Source: Ginglymostoma cirratum
Taxonomy: Eukaryota
Reading direction: 5' to 3'
Assembly: GCA_024137785.1 (NCBI GenBank)
Contig: JAHRHZ010000051.1
Span: forward strand, 19,641,388-19,705,387
DNA: 64,000 nt
This document shows, in pieces, positions 38,510 to 50,399 of this stretch. The position numbers and the translations under genes are program-made. A model generated the notes under the pieces. It worked only from the letters and a program-made list of their open reading frames with translations, had not been told where the DNA came from and ran no database searches. Every line of letters starts with the position of its first letter. Positions within the stretch are counted from its first letter, which is position 1.

Positions 38510-38913
38510 AAGAAGGTAGCGCTGACACAGTAAGTAGTGTTCGGGCTGAGCCTGTCTGCTCCAGGCAGACTCCAGGCTTTCTCTCCTTTTCATAATTTTT
38601 TCTTTTTCTTTCTTTTCATCCTCTTGACATTGTGGGGTGGCCGGAGCTGTGTCAGCAATGACTCCTGGCTCACAAGTCCGATGCATGGATTCCTGGGATA
38701 GTGGTGGGTCGTCAACTATGGCAGTTTCATTGCCCAGAGTGGGGACTCCTGGCTGCAGTATGCCCAGAGCAGGGAAGCCATGTTTTTTAGATCCTGGCCA
38801 ATGAAGATGAACTCTATTTAAGTACTTTGTTTTTGTTCTTTTGTACCTCAAAATGGCACCGGATTGTGTGTCTCCCTCGATATATGTGATGATAAATCAT
38901 TCATACATTCATT
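38510..38913 (+). mobile_element. Short non-coding retroposon (same family as 58613-59108)
   Basis: aagaaggtagc...gagcctgtctgctcc head, T-rich tract, ttttgtacctcaaaatggcacc, gataaa followed by an (attc)n tail. Confidence 0.5.
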
Positions 38914-38989
38914 TTCCTCCTCCTTCTCAAGGTCCTGCTCCTCATCTGCTCACTGTGGACTGTCCTCCACGATAGTGAGATTGCACAGC

Positions 38990-39830
38990 AAGCAATAGAC
39001 TATCGTACAGTTTAACATAAGCTTTGTCAATGCTCATCTGAGGTGCCATACTGTAGAAATGTTGTTTCAATATGCCAATGGCCTGTTCAATCTCATTTCA
39101 TATGACAGCATGCTTTTCATTGTATACATGCTGCCCTCAAGTATGGTATTTGTGCCTCAGGGACATCAGCCATGTCGTCAGCACAGCAACTACTGCTGGC
39201 TTTGTGTTGCTGACAGGACACCAAACACTGAGCTGCAAGATTCACTTATGGTCACACACCAGTTGGAATTTCCAAATCTAGAAAAGGGCAAAGTTGAGAT
39301 GTGGCACTAGCAAAGCAAATTGCATGCAGTTAGTGGCCTTCTGCCCCATGAGGATGCTACAATCCTTGCAAAGTTGATTCTCACTAAGGCTAATTTTCTC
39401 TCACGAGAGTGAATGAAATACAGTCAGTTCTCTTTGAAAGGAGAGGATGAATGGCCTTGCTTCCACAGCAGTGGATGGCAAGCCGTGAGATGTTGCAAAT
39501 ATCTCGAGCAGCAGCCTGGAAGGAGTCAGACCTACAGCTGTTCTTCATACAGTCACCTCCACAGCTATTGGCAAAGGAGTCATTGTCATGCTCTGAAGTT
39601 GCAATTGTAGGCACAGAAGTGGCAGATTTATTTTCGGTGATGTTCTTAACAAAGTTCAGATATCTCACGCGGATTTCCTCACGTAGGTTCAGGTAGGCGA
39701 TGGCTCCCTGCTGAGGACTTTTCTCCACTACACCTGTCCCCTTCTTGCACTTCCGCAGCTTGCTTTGCTCTGTGTGGTCTCTGTTCATTCTCCAATCATT
39801 CAATGTCTACCACTACCACCCATGTCTGTG
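38990..39830 (-). pseudogene. Harbinger/PIF DDE transposase fossil (HARBI1-like family)
   Basis: ORF 39390-39803 YLNLREEIRVRYLNF...SDSFQAAARDICNISRLAIHCC...ISF, then in other frames FARI, QLVCDH, WLMS...YNEKHA...IEQAIGILKQHF; colinear with Harbinger transposase motifs (SGSFQ, QLVCDH, YN..H..TR..IE..IG.LK.RF). Confidence 0.85.
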
Positions 39831-39917
39831 AGCAATGGTTTATACAGAAACCATGAAGTCAGACAAATGTCCTTCAGTGCCTGCCTTTACATTTTTTCAA
39901 TTTTAAACAATAGGTTA

Positions 39918-40217
39918 TTCAGTGGTTAGCATTGGTGCCTCACACTGCCAGGGACACAGGTTCAATTCCAGCTTTGGTCGACTGTCTGTGTGAAGTTTGT
40001 ACATTCTCCCCGCAGTCTATAAATGTGCAGTTTAGATGGATTGGCCATGCTAAATTGTCCCATAGTGTCCAGGGATGTGCAGGCTATATGGGCTAGCCAT
40101 GGGAAATGTGGGCTTACAGTGATAGGGTGTGGGGCTGGGTCTGGCTGGATACTCTTTGGAGGGTTGGTGCAGACTCAATGGGCCAAATATCCTTTATCTG
40201 CACTGTAGGGACTCTAT
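39918..40217 (+). mobile_element. HE1-type SINE with internal deletion
   Basis: cagtggttagcattggtgcctcac...ggttcaattcc...ggattggccatgctaaattgtcc...ctgtagggactctat. Confidence 0.85.
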
Positions 40218-41589
40218 CGTTCCAATCGTGGAAATGATCAAACACTTGTGGAATTGGAGCAGCCAGCCATTAACCTGTAAGGAGATGCTGGTAAACACAT
40301 GTTCGAGGCTACGAGAGGGTGCTGGTTGGGAGTATGGAGCACCAAATATTGTACTAGGGGTGTCAAATCTTTGTTGCACACTGAATAATATCATAAAATA
40401 TCACTAATGAGTCCAATTTTTCATCCCTATTGTCCATTTATTACCGGACTGTCGAGGTAACACCTATATTGCCACTAAGTAGTAAAACACCAAATGGTGC
40501 TTTACAGTAGCACCATCAAACAAATTTACATTGGAAAACAGAAGAAAAAATTAAACAGATTACCAAAAGCTGAATCAATTGGGAGGTATTAAAGCGCCTC
40601 TTAAAGGAGGCTAGAATGTTAGAGAGTGGAAGAGTTTTTGGCAGTGATCACAATTGGGGCCGTGCAAGTGGTGAGAATCGAAAGAATGCAGAGATCTTAA
40701 ACGGTTGTAGGAAAAGGACGAATCGGATTTATAGGGATAGTCTGGAATTGAAAAGTTACAATTGTCAGGAAGGAATGGATAGATTCAAACACTTTTCTGT
40801 AGAAAAATGAACGCTGTGTTGAAATTGAGGTCCCTTTGAAACTGATTTTTTCCCTACTGTTTCCTGTGTAACAAGAGATCTCATTTAATTGGTGTTACAG
40901 CAGTAACCAGAATTCCAAACATCGAGTAAATGAAGACAAAAGAAAGGTACAAAAATGGTCACAACAATCCCCAGGATCATCGAGGTCGCAACATTCCACT
41001 GAGTTGACGTCAAAGACACCATGACACCATGTATACCCTATTATCAATGTAGTATTGAGAGAAAGAAATGTTTTGTTCTTAAACGTGACACTAGCCTTCA
41101 GATGCAGGTTGGCAAGGGCGGAACAGTTATCCTGAAGTCATGAGCAGCTGTTCCATGCTCATTGGCTAAAAGGATTCAAATATGTAATAGACACAGCCTA
41201 AACTACTAGTCCCTAAAAATAGGGCATATCAACAAGAACTCTGAGTCAGGGACCAGTCCTCATCAAGTGGTCCTTGTAGGGGACAGTTGTTATCAGGGAG
41301 CTGTCTTCTTCAGATGGAAATTAGACCCAAAGAAATTGAGGGAAGATCAGCGCCAGAGTTCTCTCACACTTCAGCGAGAGAGCAGGATGCTGCCTTTGAC
41401 ACTTTAATAAGATCGACCCAGTCTGTGTCAACCGTGTATTCTTCCTTTTTTATCAGTGAACAACCCTTAATCGTCACAGTTGTCTTCTTTTCCTTTGTCT
41501 AATTAATTAATCCATCATATCAAAACTAATACCACTTAACAAACTTAATAAACTAACTGAAAATTCCTTGCAAGTGATCAACTGTCTTT

Positions 41590-41965
41590 ATTAGATAATA
41601 GTGATCATGAAGTCATTAAGATGATCCCTGGGAAGGGTACAAATAGAGCTGTCTCCACAAGTGGAAAGTCCAAAACCAGGAAACATAAATATGAAATTAT
41701 TATTAATTGATCCAAAAAAGAATTTGGGGCAACTTCCCCAATTAGCAAGTGTTGAAAATGTGACATATTCCGTGACTGGGAGTAGTTTAGGTGGACAACA
41801 TTGATGTATTTAGGGGAATCTTGATAAACACCAGAAAGGAGAGAAGAAAGAATATTATGTAGATGCAATAGGTGAAAAGAAGTTATGGGGAGGCTCCAGA
41901 AGGGCACTAACATCTGTATGGACCAGCGGGTGAATGAGCTACTTTTATACAATACAATTTTCTGT
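41590..41965 (+). mobile_element. CR1 LINE 3' fragment
   Basis: gtggaaagtccaaaaccagg...gggaatcttgataaacac...gggaggctcc...atggaccag tail. Confidence 0.6.
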
Positions 41966-42357
41966 GATTTTACAAAATAATTTAAAGCAGTTGACATTGC
42001 AAATTTTCAACTGAATGCTTGATTATTTTCTAAAAGTTTCTTCATCCACCTCCCTTTACAGAAAGCAGGAAAGGACTGAATACGTAAATAACAGTACAGC
42101 AAATCACATCAGAGGAGCTGTGTTACTGGCATCAAAATGATGAACTGTCAGTGATTTCATTGTAATTAACATTCGTCAGAGTTTTAGTAATAAGCATGGG
42201 GAGGATAGTGACCACTGAGATGATAGATTGTAATTATATAAATACAATAGTTCTTAGACATTTACCATCCCTTTACAACACTTGTTGTTTAAATGCTGTT
42301 GATGTCTTTAAAATGGTCTAGTACCTTGCATAGTTAAACATGTTGCCATCTTAATTT

Positions 42358-43555
42358 CTTAGGCAGTTGCTAAGAATTGAGGATGACTTGCTCCACTCCG
42401 GGTCGATGGATACTGAAATAGCTGATAAGTCCAATGCATGAGCTGCAGACTCTTCCACACATTGTACAGAAGTTGCTTACAGTGTTGGATAGAGAGCTAA
42501 TTTGGATGATTGTATGCTTCTCTAACACCTCGACTTGTTTCTACATATTTCTAATTAAGTCAGTCAATGTATTTCATATGTTTCTTTCGATCAGGCTTTC
42601 TCCATGTTTCTTGGTTGCAAGCCAGTGATTCCCTTGAGACAGCAGGCATGTTTGGTCTTTTCAAGGAGGATTTGAGGACATACCAAAAATGTTTTAGCTG
42701 TCCTCCTGGGAGATTTCTCCCATGAGCTCTGAATAGCACTTCGCTTCAGGAATCTGGTGTCAGTCATACAAACATTCTCTGTTTCAGTCAGCACTACAAT
42801 CATAGAATCCCTACAGTATGGAAGCAGGCCATTTGGCCCATCGAGCCCACACCAACCTCCGAAGAGCATCCCACCTAGACCCACCCCATCCCTGTAACCC
42901 TGCATTTCCCGTGACTAATCCGCCTAGCTTGCACATCCTTGGGCCCTACAGGCAATTTAATTGAGGTGGCCAATTCACCTAATTTGCACATCTTTGGACT
43001 GTGGGAGGAAACTGGAGCACCCAGAGGAAACCCACGCAGGCACAGGGAGAACGTGCAAACTCCACACAGACAATTGCCCGAGGCTGGAATCCAACCCACA
43101 TGCCAGGTGCTGTGAGGCAGCAGTGTTAGCCACTGAGCCACTGTGCCACCCCACTAGATTGGGGAAAGCTTTAATATCTCCATGTTAGTCTCACCAACAA
43201 TTGACCAGAGAAGGTTCTTCGTTCCCATCCCCTGACCAGTTGCCCAGTGGAGTTCATTTTCAATGATTAGCAGCTTGTTCAGTACATTGTGAGAGAATGT
43301 TACTGTGGGGTTTGCTTTTCCTGCCACCAGATTTGGAGGATCTTGTGAAGGCACCAATGATGATATTTCTCCAATGCAATTGTCACGTGGTTTCTCATCA
43401 AAATTATGTTTGTGGTTATCAAATTTCTACTCAGGTTATTCCACTTGTGCTTCAGTTGATTGAACACCTTTGGACTCTTATTCCACCAAGAGACGTTGTT
43501 TCTGTCTAACAGGTGCCAACTTTTACCTCTGATGCCTTCAGCTGTCCTTCCTCTG
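42358..43555 (-). mobile_element. Old RTE-like LINE fragment with nested SINE
   Basis: ttaggcag...gaggatgacttgctccactc...gctgataagtccaat terminus; sequence resumes after the SINE at 43153. Family assignment tentative. Confidence 0.4.
42800..43152 (-). mobile_element. HE1-type SINE
   Basis: Reverse complement of the 11269-11571 consensus; tcatagaatccctacag tail. Confidence 0.9.
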
Positions 43556-43875
43556 TAACGAGTGCTTGGATCTCAGCTATTTATAAATTACAGTCATTAC
43601 ATAGATGAGTGGACTGACTGTAATTGTTTCAAGTTTACTGATGATACAAAGTTGCATGGGGAAGTAAGCAGTTAGAAAGACTGCAAATGGATATAGACAG
43701 TTTAGATGAGGGGGCAATATCGTGGAACATACTATGAGGAAGTGTAAAGTTATCCACATTGTTATAAAAGATAGAAAAGCAGAAACTATTTAAAATATAA
43801 ACAATGCATTGGTATTCCAAGGACCAGGATGTTCTTGTATATGAAACCCAGAAAGTACAGCAAGGAATTAAGAAG

Positions 43876-44484
43876 GAGATAACAAGCATGGAGCTGGATG
43901 AGCACAGCAGGTCAAGGAGCATCATNNNNNNNNNNNNNNNNNNNNNNNNNNNNNNNNNNNNNNNNNNNNNNNNNNNNNNNNNNNNNNNNNNNNNNNNNNN
44001 NNNNNNNNNNNNNNNNNNNNNNNNNNNNNNNNNNNNNNNNNNNNNNNNNNNNNNNNNNNNNNNNNNNNNNNNNNNNNNNNNNNNNNNNNNNNNNNNNNNN
44101 NNNNNNNNNNNNNNNNNNNNNNNNNNNNNNNNNNNNNNNNNNNNNNNNNNNNNNNNNNNNNNNNNNNNNNNNNNNNNNNNNNNNNNNNNNNNNNNNNNNN
44201 NNNNNNNNNNNNNNNNNNNNNNNNNNNNNNNNNNNNNNNNNNNNNNNNNNNNNNNNNNNNNNNNNNNNNNNNNNNNNNNNNNNNNNNNNNNNNNNNNNNN
44301 NNNNNNNNNNNNNNNNNNNNNNNNNCGGGCCTAAACCCTTCATCAGAAAATCATTTTCTGATGAAGGGTTTAGGCCCGAAACGTCAAGTTTTCCTGCTCC
44401 TATGATGCTGCTTGACCTGCTGTGTTCATCCAGCCCCATGCTTGTTATCTCAGATACGCCAGCATCTGCAGTACCTTTTATCTC
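43876..44484. mobile_element. Palindromic Penelope-pLTR hairpin element with hammerhead motifs, 33-bp tail and TSD, spanning a 400-N gap
   Basis: 43876-43925 is the reverse complement of 44402-44451 (3 mismatches); perfect 25-bp inverted repeat 44326-44350/44354-44378; tail 44452-44484; attaagaag(gagata) duplicated at 43867-43881 and 44485-44499. Confidence 0.9.
44354..44388 (+). ncRNA. Minimal type I hammerhead ribozyme motif (intact core)
   Basis: tttt-CTGATGA(44358-44364)-A-GGGT ttag GCCC-GAAA(44378-44381)-CGTC-aag; putative GUC cleavage triplet 44383-44385, palindromic ACGT helix III as in dimeric PLE hammerheads. Confidence 0.75.
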
Positions 44485-45029
44485 ATTAAGAAGGAGATAG
44501 TCTGTTAGCCTTTACTGCAAAAGGATTGGAGTACAAGAGTAAGTAAGTCTTTTTTAAAAACATACAGGATGTTTGGCAAAACCACACCTGCCTATTGTGT
44601 GCATTTTCACTCACCTTATCTAAGGAAAAGATAAACTTGTTTTAGATATTTAACAATGACTTTTAACTAGAGTACTTTATGGGATGAGGAGGTGTTCTAT
44701 GTAAAGTGATCGAGTAGACTAGATAGGCCTACATACCCTAGAATTCAGAAGACTGAGAGGAAATTTAAATACAAATATTCAAGGAAATGAACAGGCTAAA
44801 TGTTGTGTGGATGTTTCTTTGGCTAAACAGCCTGAAACGTGGAATCATAGTCTCAAAATAAAGGATTGGCCATTTAGTACTAAGATGAAAAGAAATTCTT
44901 TATGCAAAAGTTTGGGAATCATTAGAATTCTGTACTCAAAAAAGCTGTTGAATGTATTCAAGACAATATTCACTTGATTTTGAATTTTGAGAGAAGTAAG
45001 GGAAATGTTGATTGATGTGGTTTGTGCTT

Positions 45030-48000
45030 ATCTATGTTCAAGCTCTGGTAACATACACCACACATAGTTGGTTCTCATTGAGTCAGATATCTTGTAGTTA
45101 ATTATATCACTAACTATTTACAAGTCAGCAATAACACAGATTCACACATTGTCTGAGTTCTATGCCTACTGATGTTATTATATGCTAAATGCACATAGCT
45201 AACTGACTGAAAAGACTACACTGACTTCTGCATACAGACAGACAGATTGAAAGTGAGCAGAATAATTTCCATGTGTTACATGTTAAGTAATTATCTTAAA
45301 GGTACAAATCTGCCTGTTCTGAAATCTATGCCATGATACACCACCACCCCTGCTTTACCTTTTAAAGAACAAGAATCATTTCCTGATAACATTTGCATGT
45401 ACATATAATGTCCATATACATTCAGATAACACCTTGACAGACATACAACACAAGTAGATCTAGCCGTTATCCAGACATCATGAATTGGCAGAGTATCTTC
45501 ACTCTGCATTGTGATATCTTCATCATGGATCTATGTCATTTGTTATAGATATGTTGTCTGACATATTTTCATCTTCATCTTGTGTGAAGAGTAGTTTGGA
45601 TAAATTGTCCATTTCTTCACAGGACTTGAATATTGCTCATTATTACATCATATGTCCTAGGGTGGACACAATGACATAGTATCTTTCTGTGAACCCATGT
45701 CTGAAACTCATATGTATTGTTCTTGTTGAAGTGAGATAACTATCAGCATGTTCCATGGTTATGTTCTTGTCCTATTTTCTCCCCTCTTTCCAACGATGAG
45801 AATGTAGTTTCATGCTAAGAGTGCACAGGAACTGTGTGGACCTGTCTTCCAAACATGAAAGCTGCTGGTGAGGTTAAGCTATTGCATAGTGGAGTAGCTC
45901 ATAGGTTTAACATAGCTAACTGAAACTCTGGATGTGCCATTTTACTTTGAATGATCACAGATTTTACAGTAGAACAGCGCATTCTGTGAGACTAAGGATC
46001 ATAAGGAGATGAAATAGTACATTGAACACCCCATTTCCTGCATGTCTTGGAAGGATGCACTAGTGAACTGCAGATTGTTGTTAGACATAAGTTGTTGGGG
46101 TACACTGAACATATGGAATATTGCAGCTAATATCCATTCATAGCATCAAACTGGGAGAAATATTTGAAGCCTGGAAAATTGAAATTGAGCTCTTCAAGGA
46201 ATCTTGCATAATCATCTTTTTTGTGCAACGTTTTGTTTCTTTGGATCTAAACACACAATTTGTAGTGCTGTCATTTTTCAACATGCAAATAACAGAATGG
46301 CATCAATCTGTACGGCACTCAACTTTCTAGATGATGCAGCTTTGTACCATAGAATGGTGGCTCAGTGGTCAGCACTGCTGCCTCACAATGCCAGGGATGT
46401 AAGTTCAATTCGAGCTTTGTTTGACTGTCTGTGTGGAGTTTGCACGTTCTCTCCATGTCTGTGTGGGTTTCTGTTTGGTGCTCTAGTTTCCTACTATAGT
46501 CCAAAGATGTGCCGGTTAAGTGGATTGGCCATGCTAAATTGCCCTGTAGTGTCCAGGGATCCGTAGGCTAGGTGGATTAACCATGGTTAATGTGGGATTC
46601 TGGGGACAGTGTCGGGATTTGAAATGAGCTGCAAAGAGTCAGTGTGGACTCAATGGGCAGAATAACCTCTTTCTGCACTGTAGGGATTTTAATGCAATTC
46701 CATTTTAGCTTTTCTTGAATGTGAATGCTGCACTTAGAAGGAAAGTTGATGCTGGATAGGGCATCATATTTACAATGTAACAATACTTTGAAGTTTTGAT
46801 GTTTTAAACAGCTTTTAAAGCTTTTGATAGCAGCAAATGTGTCACAGTAAGGATTAGTCAGATCATAGCTGGACTTTGTATTGCTGTCTGTATTTGTTAG
46901 TGTGCAAATGATGGATTTGGTACCTCCCAGAGTGTGCTAAGATGCATGCATCCATGCATAAGGGCAGATAATAGCTGATCCATCGATTTCAATTATGTCA
47001 AAGATTTTAGGTATCCGTTTTGAGAATCAGTATTGACATTTAATATGAATAATATCAATGCATGGGATATCAGACCCGTTATATGCAGTTAGCTTCTCTT
47101 ACGTTGACTGTACCACACTGTCCCAGTTTCCTGAATCCCATGTCAGATGTGTAGAGGGATGACCTTTGTAATCACACCAGTATCAATGCATACAGTGCAT
47201 GCTGTCTACTCCTTTTGAGGTGTATTACTTTTATGTCTCGGGATGTGTAAACTGTAAAGTTGCTGTTACATCTTGGATTTTGTTGACGTGATCTGTGCTG
47301 TGGACAGAATTGTGCAAACTGCTTTGACTTTGTTCCTTAGTTGACACTTCTTCACATGTTGTTGTGGAGCATTGTACTGTACATCAGGTTTTTCTGGGTG
47401 ATTAGACTTCTGACACATTTTAGCCAAATTTCTCAGTAGAACATAGCTTGCATATATCACAAAGTGCTGGACATCAGTACCTTCGTTGGTGAGACAAGCC
47501 ACGTCTCATACAAGATTTTGATGTACTCTAAACCTGTTAATGCCTGCAGTTGTGATTGTAAAGTTGATTAATTGAAGATGCTGCTGTTCTGCTGAATTCC
47601 TTCACACTTGCATCATTCTTCTAGTGGAGCATCAATCATATATTTTTGGGTTTATCCAGAAGTGTTTTCCTGAAGGGTTTGGTTTGACTGGATGCAATCA
47701 GCAGTTTTGTAAGCTTTTCGGCTAAGTTAGTTAACATGAACTTATGTTTAGCATCTTTATGTTGATATGAGCCTACAAAATGGTCAATTGTTTCACTTGG
47801 CTGCTGTTGGTATCACATAGTCTCAAGCCTGTTTTTCTTGAAATTGAGTCAAACTTTTCATTGCACTTTAGTTTTGGTTATAGTTGTATCTTCAGCTCTG
47901 AACTCAGAGTGATTGATGAATGTTAGGAAAAGGGACTTTTTCCAATTGCCACACATATCACATTTTCTGCCTTAGTGTCTGCTTACTGTCATTAACTAGC

Positions 48001-48300
48001 TGTCACAGCTCATTTTTAATGTCACTTACTGTCACCATGATGCATTGTATAGCCTTCTATTTGTTAACTGTGAAACACATCCACAAGGAGCCGGATTCTT
48101 GTTGAGTCAGAGAGCTTGAAATTTATTTACAACACTAACTAATTACAAGGCTATGATATACACATGTAGTCTGAGTACAATGAGTACTGATTTTCCTATA
48201 CATTTCACATACATAGCTGACTGCTTATATTGATTCCATTGCACAGAGACAGTGACTGAATGTGAAGCAGGGACAATTATGTTGGAATGTCACATGTCGT
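45030..48300 (-). mobile_element. Degenerate two-LTR Gypsy retrotransposon with internal deletion
   Basis: Diverged direct LTRs at about 45030-45340 and 48040-48300; PBS-like tggtgacagtaagtg (about 48023-48037); purine tract at about 45341-45365; gag relics 47300-47900; SINFPSKCSIHIQEKLK (ORF 46577-46783; compare HPPRKCPIHI.EKLK); RT start at about 46070-46320; integrase C-terminus at about 45600-45950. Confidence 0.72.
46352..46690 (+). mobile_element. HE1-type SINE nested in Gypsy pol
   Basis: atggtggctcagtggtcagcactgctgcctcac...ctgtagggattt. Confidence 0.9.
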
Positions 48301-48605
48301 GAAGCTTTCCCACAATACAATGGGAATAGCATGAGAAGGTAAAACTGAGGTAAACAGTCAACCATGGTCTTGTTGAATAATGGAACAAGCCTAAAAGGCC
48401 AAATAGCCTACCCCTTCTCCTATTTCTTAGGTTCTTACTAAAGTGGTATATAGATTTACCATCAAATCCCATATTTTATATTCCACACCGCTTGACATAA
48501 AACTCATTTGTTTCTTTACAGACATGCATTTATGATGCTATTTGTAATTACTTGCAAGCCTATATAACCCTTGGCCTTCAACATCACCAAACTTTTTTTT
48601 TAATT

Positions 48606-48920
48606 AGAATCCCTACAGTGTGGAAACAGGCCCTTTGGCCCAACAAGTCCACACCGAACCTTGGAGTATCCCAACCACACCCATCCCCTCGTAACCCACC
48701 TAATCTACACGTCCCTGAACACTATCGGCAATTTAGCATGGCCAATCCACCTAACCTGCACATCTTTGGATTGTGGGAGGAAACTGGAGCACCCGGAGGA
48801 AACCTACGCAGACACAGGGAGAATGTGCAAACTCCACACAGACAGTCACCCGAGGCTGGAATCAAACCTGGGTCCCTGGCGCTGTGAGGCAGCAGTGCTA
48901 ACCACTGAGCCACTGTGCCG
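48606..48920 (-). mobile_element. HE1-type SINE, young copy
   Basis: tagaatccctacagtgtgg...gcagcagtgctaaccactgagccactgtgccgc. Confidence 0.92.
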
Positions 48921-49629
48921 CTCCTCTACTCAAAATATAGTTGGTGCTTTTTAAATCATGCATATCTCTTACACTGACTGACAATGAGTCCATTTGTCTC
49001 TCCTTTGCTTATCTCATAAGCTTCTGAATGCCCCAGTACCCTGCATTTCCAATTGGTCTTCATTAATTAGGACTCTGATTTCAGTATTGCCTACACTTTG
49101 CACTCCATTTCCTAGCCCTCCATCCTCATTGGCAATGAATACTGTGAGCAGAGGATTTCCAGAATAAATCCCTGTCAGACACCATCCCATCCAATTACTT
49201 AGAAACATTGTCCATTTTGTTCCCTTCTTCATCTCCTCTAACTAATTTTTGATACAAACTATCATCTTTTTTCTAATTCCATGCTGTTTAATCATCTCCA
49301 GTGCGATCATACATTGTACCCTACTGAGATCTCCTGAAGAAATACCAGACAGCTCCTTAAAGAAAGCATCCAATTACTTCAACATTCATTTCCCTTCCCT
49401 TGTTACTCATTTTATTCTTGGCTGTGTTTTTGTGTGTGTGCAGCCTTAACTTAGATCAATAAAAAGGACATATTTGAACATGAAGTTAAAAAGAACTTGA
49501 CTTTCTTCTGTGCATTCCAGTACCTTAGGGTATCCCAAAATTTTTTAAGGCCAAAAGAGAACTTTTGATGCATAATCACTGTTGTCAGAATTTGAAGCAG
49601 TCAATGACAGCTTCTCCTGTTATACTTAA

Positions 49630-50390
49630 TCATAGCATCATACAGCATTACAGCACAGAAAGAGGTCCTTCAGCCTATCACGCCCACACTGGTCATCAAG
49701 CACCTATCCGATCTAATCTAATTTCCCAATACTTCCCGTCACATGCTATGGTGTTTCAAGTGTTCCACTAAATACTTCTCAAATGTGTGATGGTCCCCAC
49801 TTCTAACAACCTTTGCGCCACTCTCAGGGTGAAAATCCTCTCTAAACTTTCTGTCTTTACTGCAAATCTATATCCTCTTGTTGTTTACCCATATACTAAG
49901 AGGAAATGTTTCTTCCTATCCACCTTATCTATGCCAATCATAATCTTGTAGATCTCAAATAGGTCCCTCTCAGCCTTTTCTGCTGCAAGGAAAACAATCC
50001 CAGCATTTGGTCTATGTAGTCTCGTTTCAGAGCTGAAATGCTCCAGCCTGTAAAGTCCAAGTGAATGTCCTCTATATCCCTCCAGTGCAAACACATCCTT
50101 CCTGTTGTGTGGTAGCCGGAATTGCACACTGTACACTAGCTGTGGCCTAGCCGATGTCCTAGATAGCTCCATCATAACCTTCAAACTCTAGTATCCTGTG
50201 CGACGACAAATAAAGGCAAGTATCCCATTTGTCATTTTAAACGTCCTATCCATCTGTCCTGTTGCCTTCAAGGGTCTATGTACACACACAACACAGTCTC
50301 TCCGATCCTCAGTGCTACCCAGGATTCCATTTTCATCATGTACTCTCTTGCCTTGTTTAGTCCTCCCAAATTATGTCACTTCATACATAC
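49630..50390 (-). mobile_element. CR1 LINE 3' fragment
   Basis: ORF 49885-50184 RPQLVYSVQFRLPHNRKDVFALEG... and LGLFSLQQKRLRG; CR1 ORF2 C-terminus. Confidence 0.85.
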
Positions 50391-50399
50391 TTATCAACG

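Larger units (their letters stand above)
43560..44990 (+). mobile_element. CR1 LINE RT 3' region interrupted by the hairpin element
   Basis: tttcaagtttactgatgatacaaag (KFADDTK-like), aagtgtaaagttatccac, gtacagcaaggaattaagaag | insertion | ...gttagcctttactgcaaaagga. Confidence 0.8.

Noticed and set aside
38228-38851. Longest ungapped ORF (207 aa, minus)
   Set aside because: Runs antisense across a SINE tail, low-complexity tracts and a short retroposon; no domain recognised.
39390-39803. Host gene HARBI1
   Set aside because: Multiple stops and frameshifts and a missing catalytic-region motif indicate a dead transposon copy, not the domesticated gene.
43876-44484. Cut-and-paste MITE or miRNA precursor
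   Set aside because: Asymmetric tail, long variable TSDs, and homology to pLTRs of RT/GIY-YIG elements in this window favour a Penelope origin; there is no evidence for miRNA processing from sequence alone.
43804-44500. Long ORFs containing X runs (also 59959-60643)
   Set aside because: Artefacts of N gaps; MELDEHSR/PETSSFPAP peptides are chance translations of the pLTR arms.
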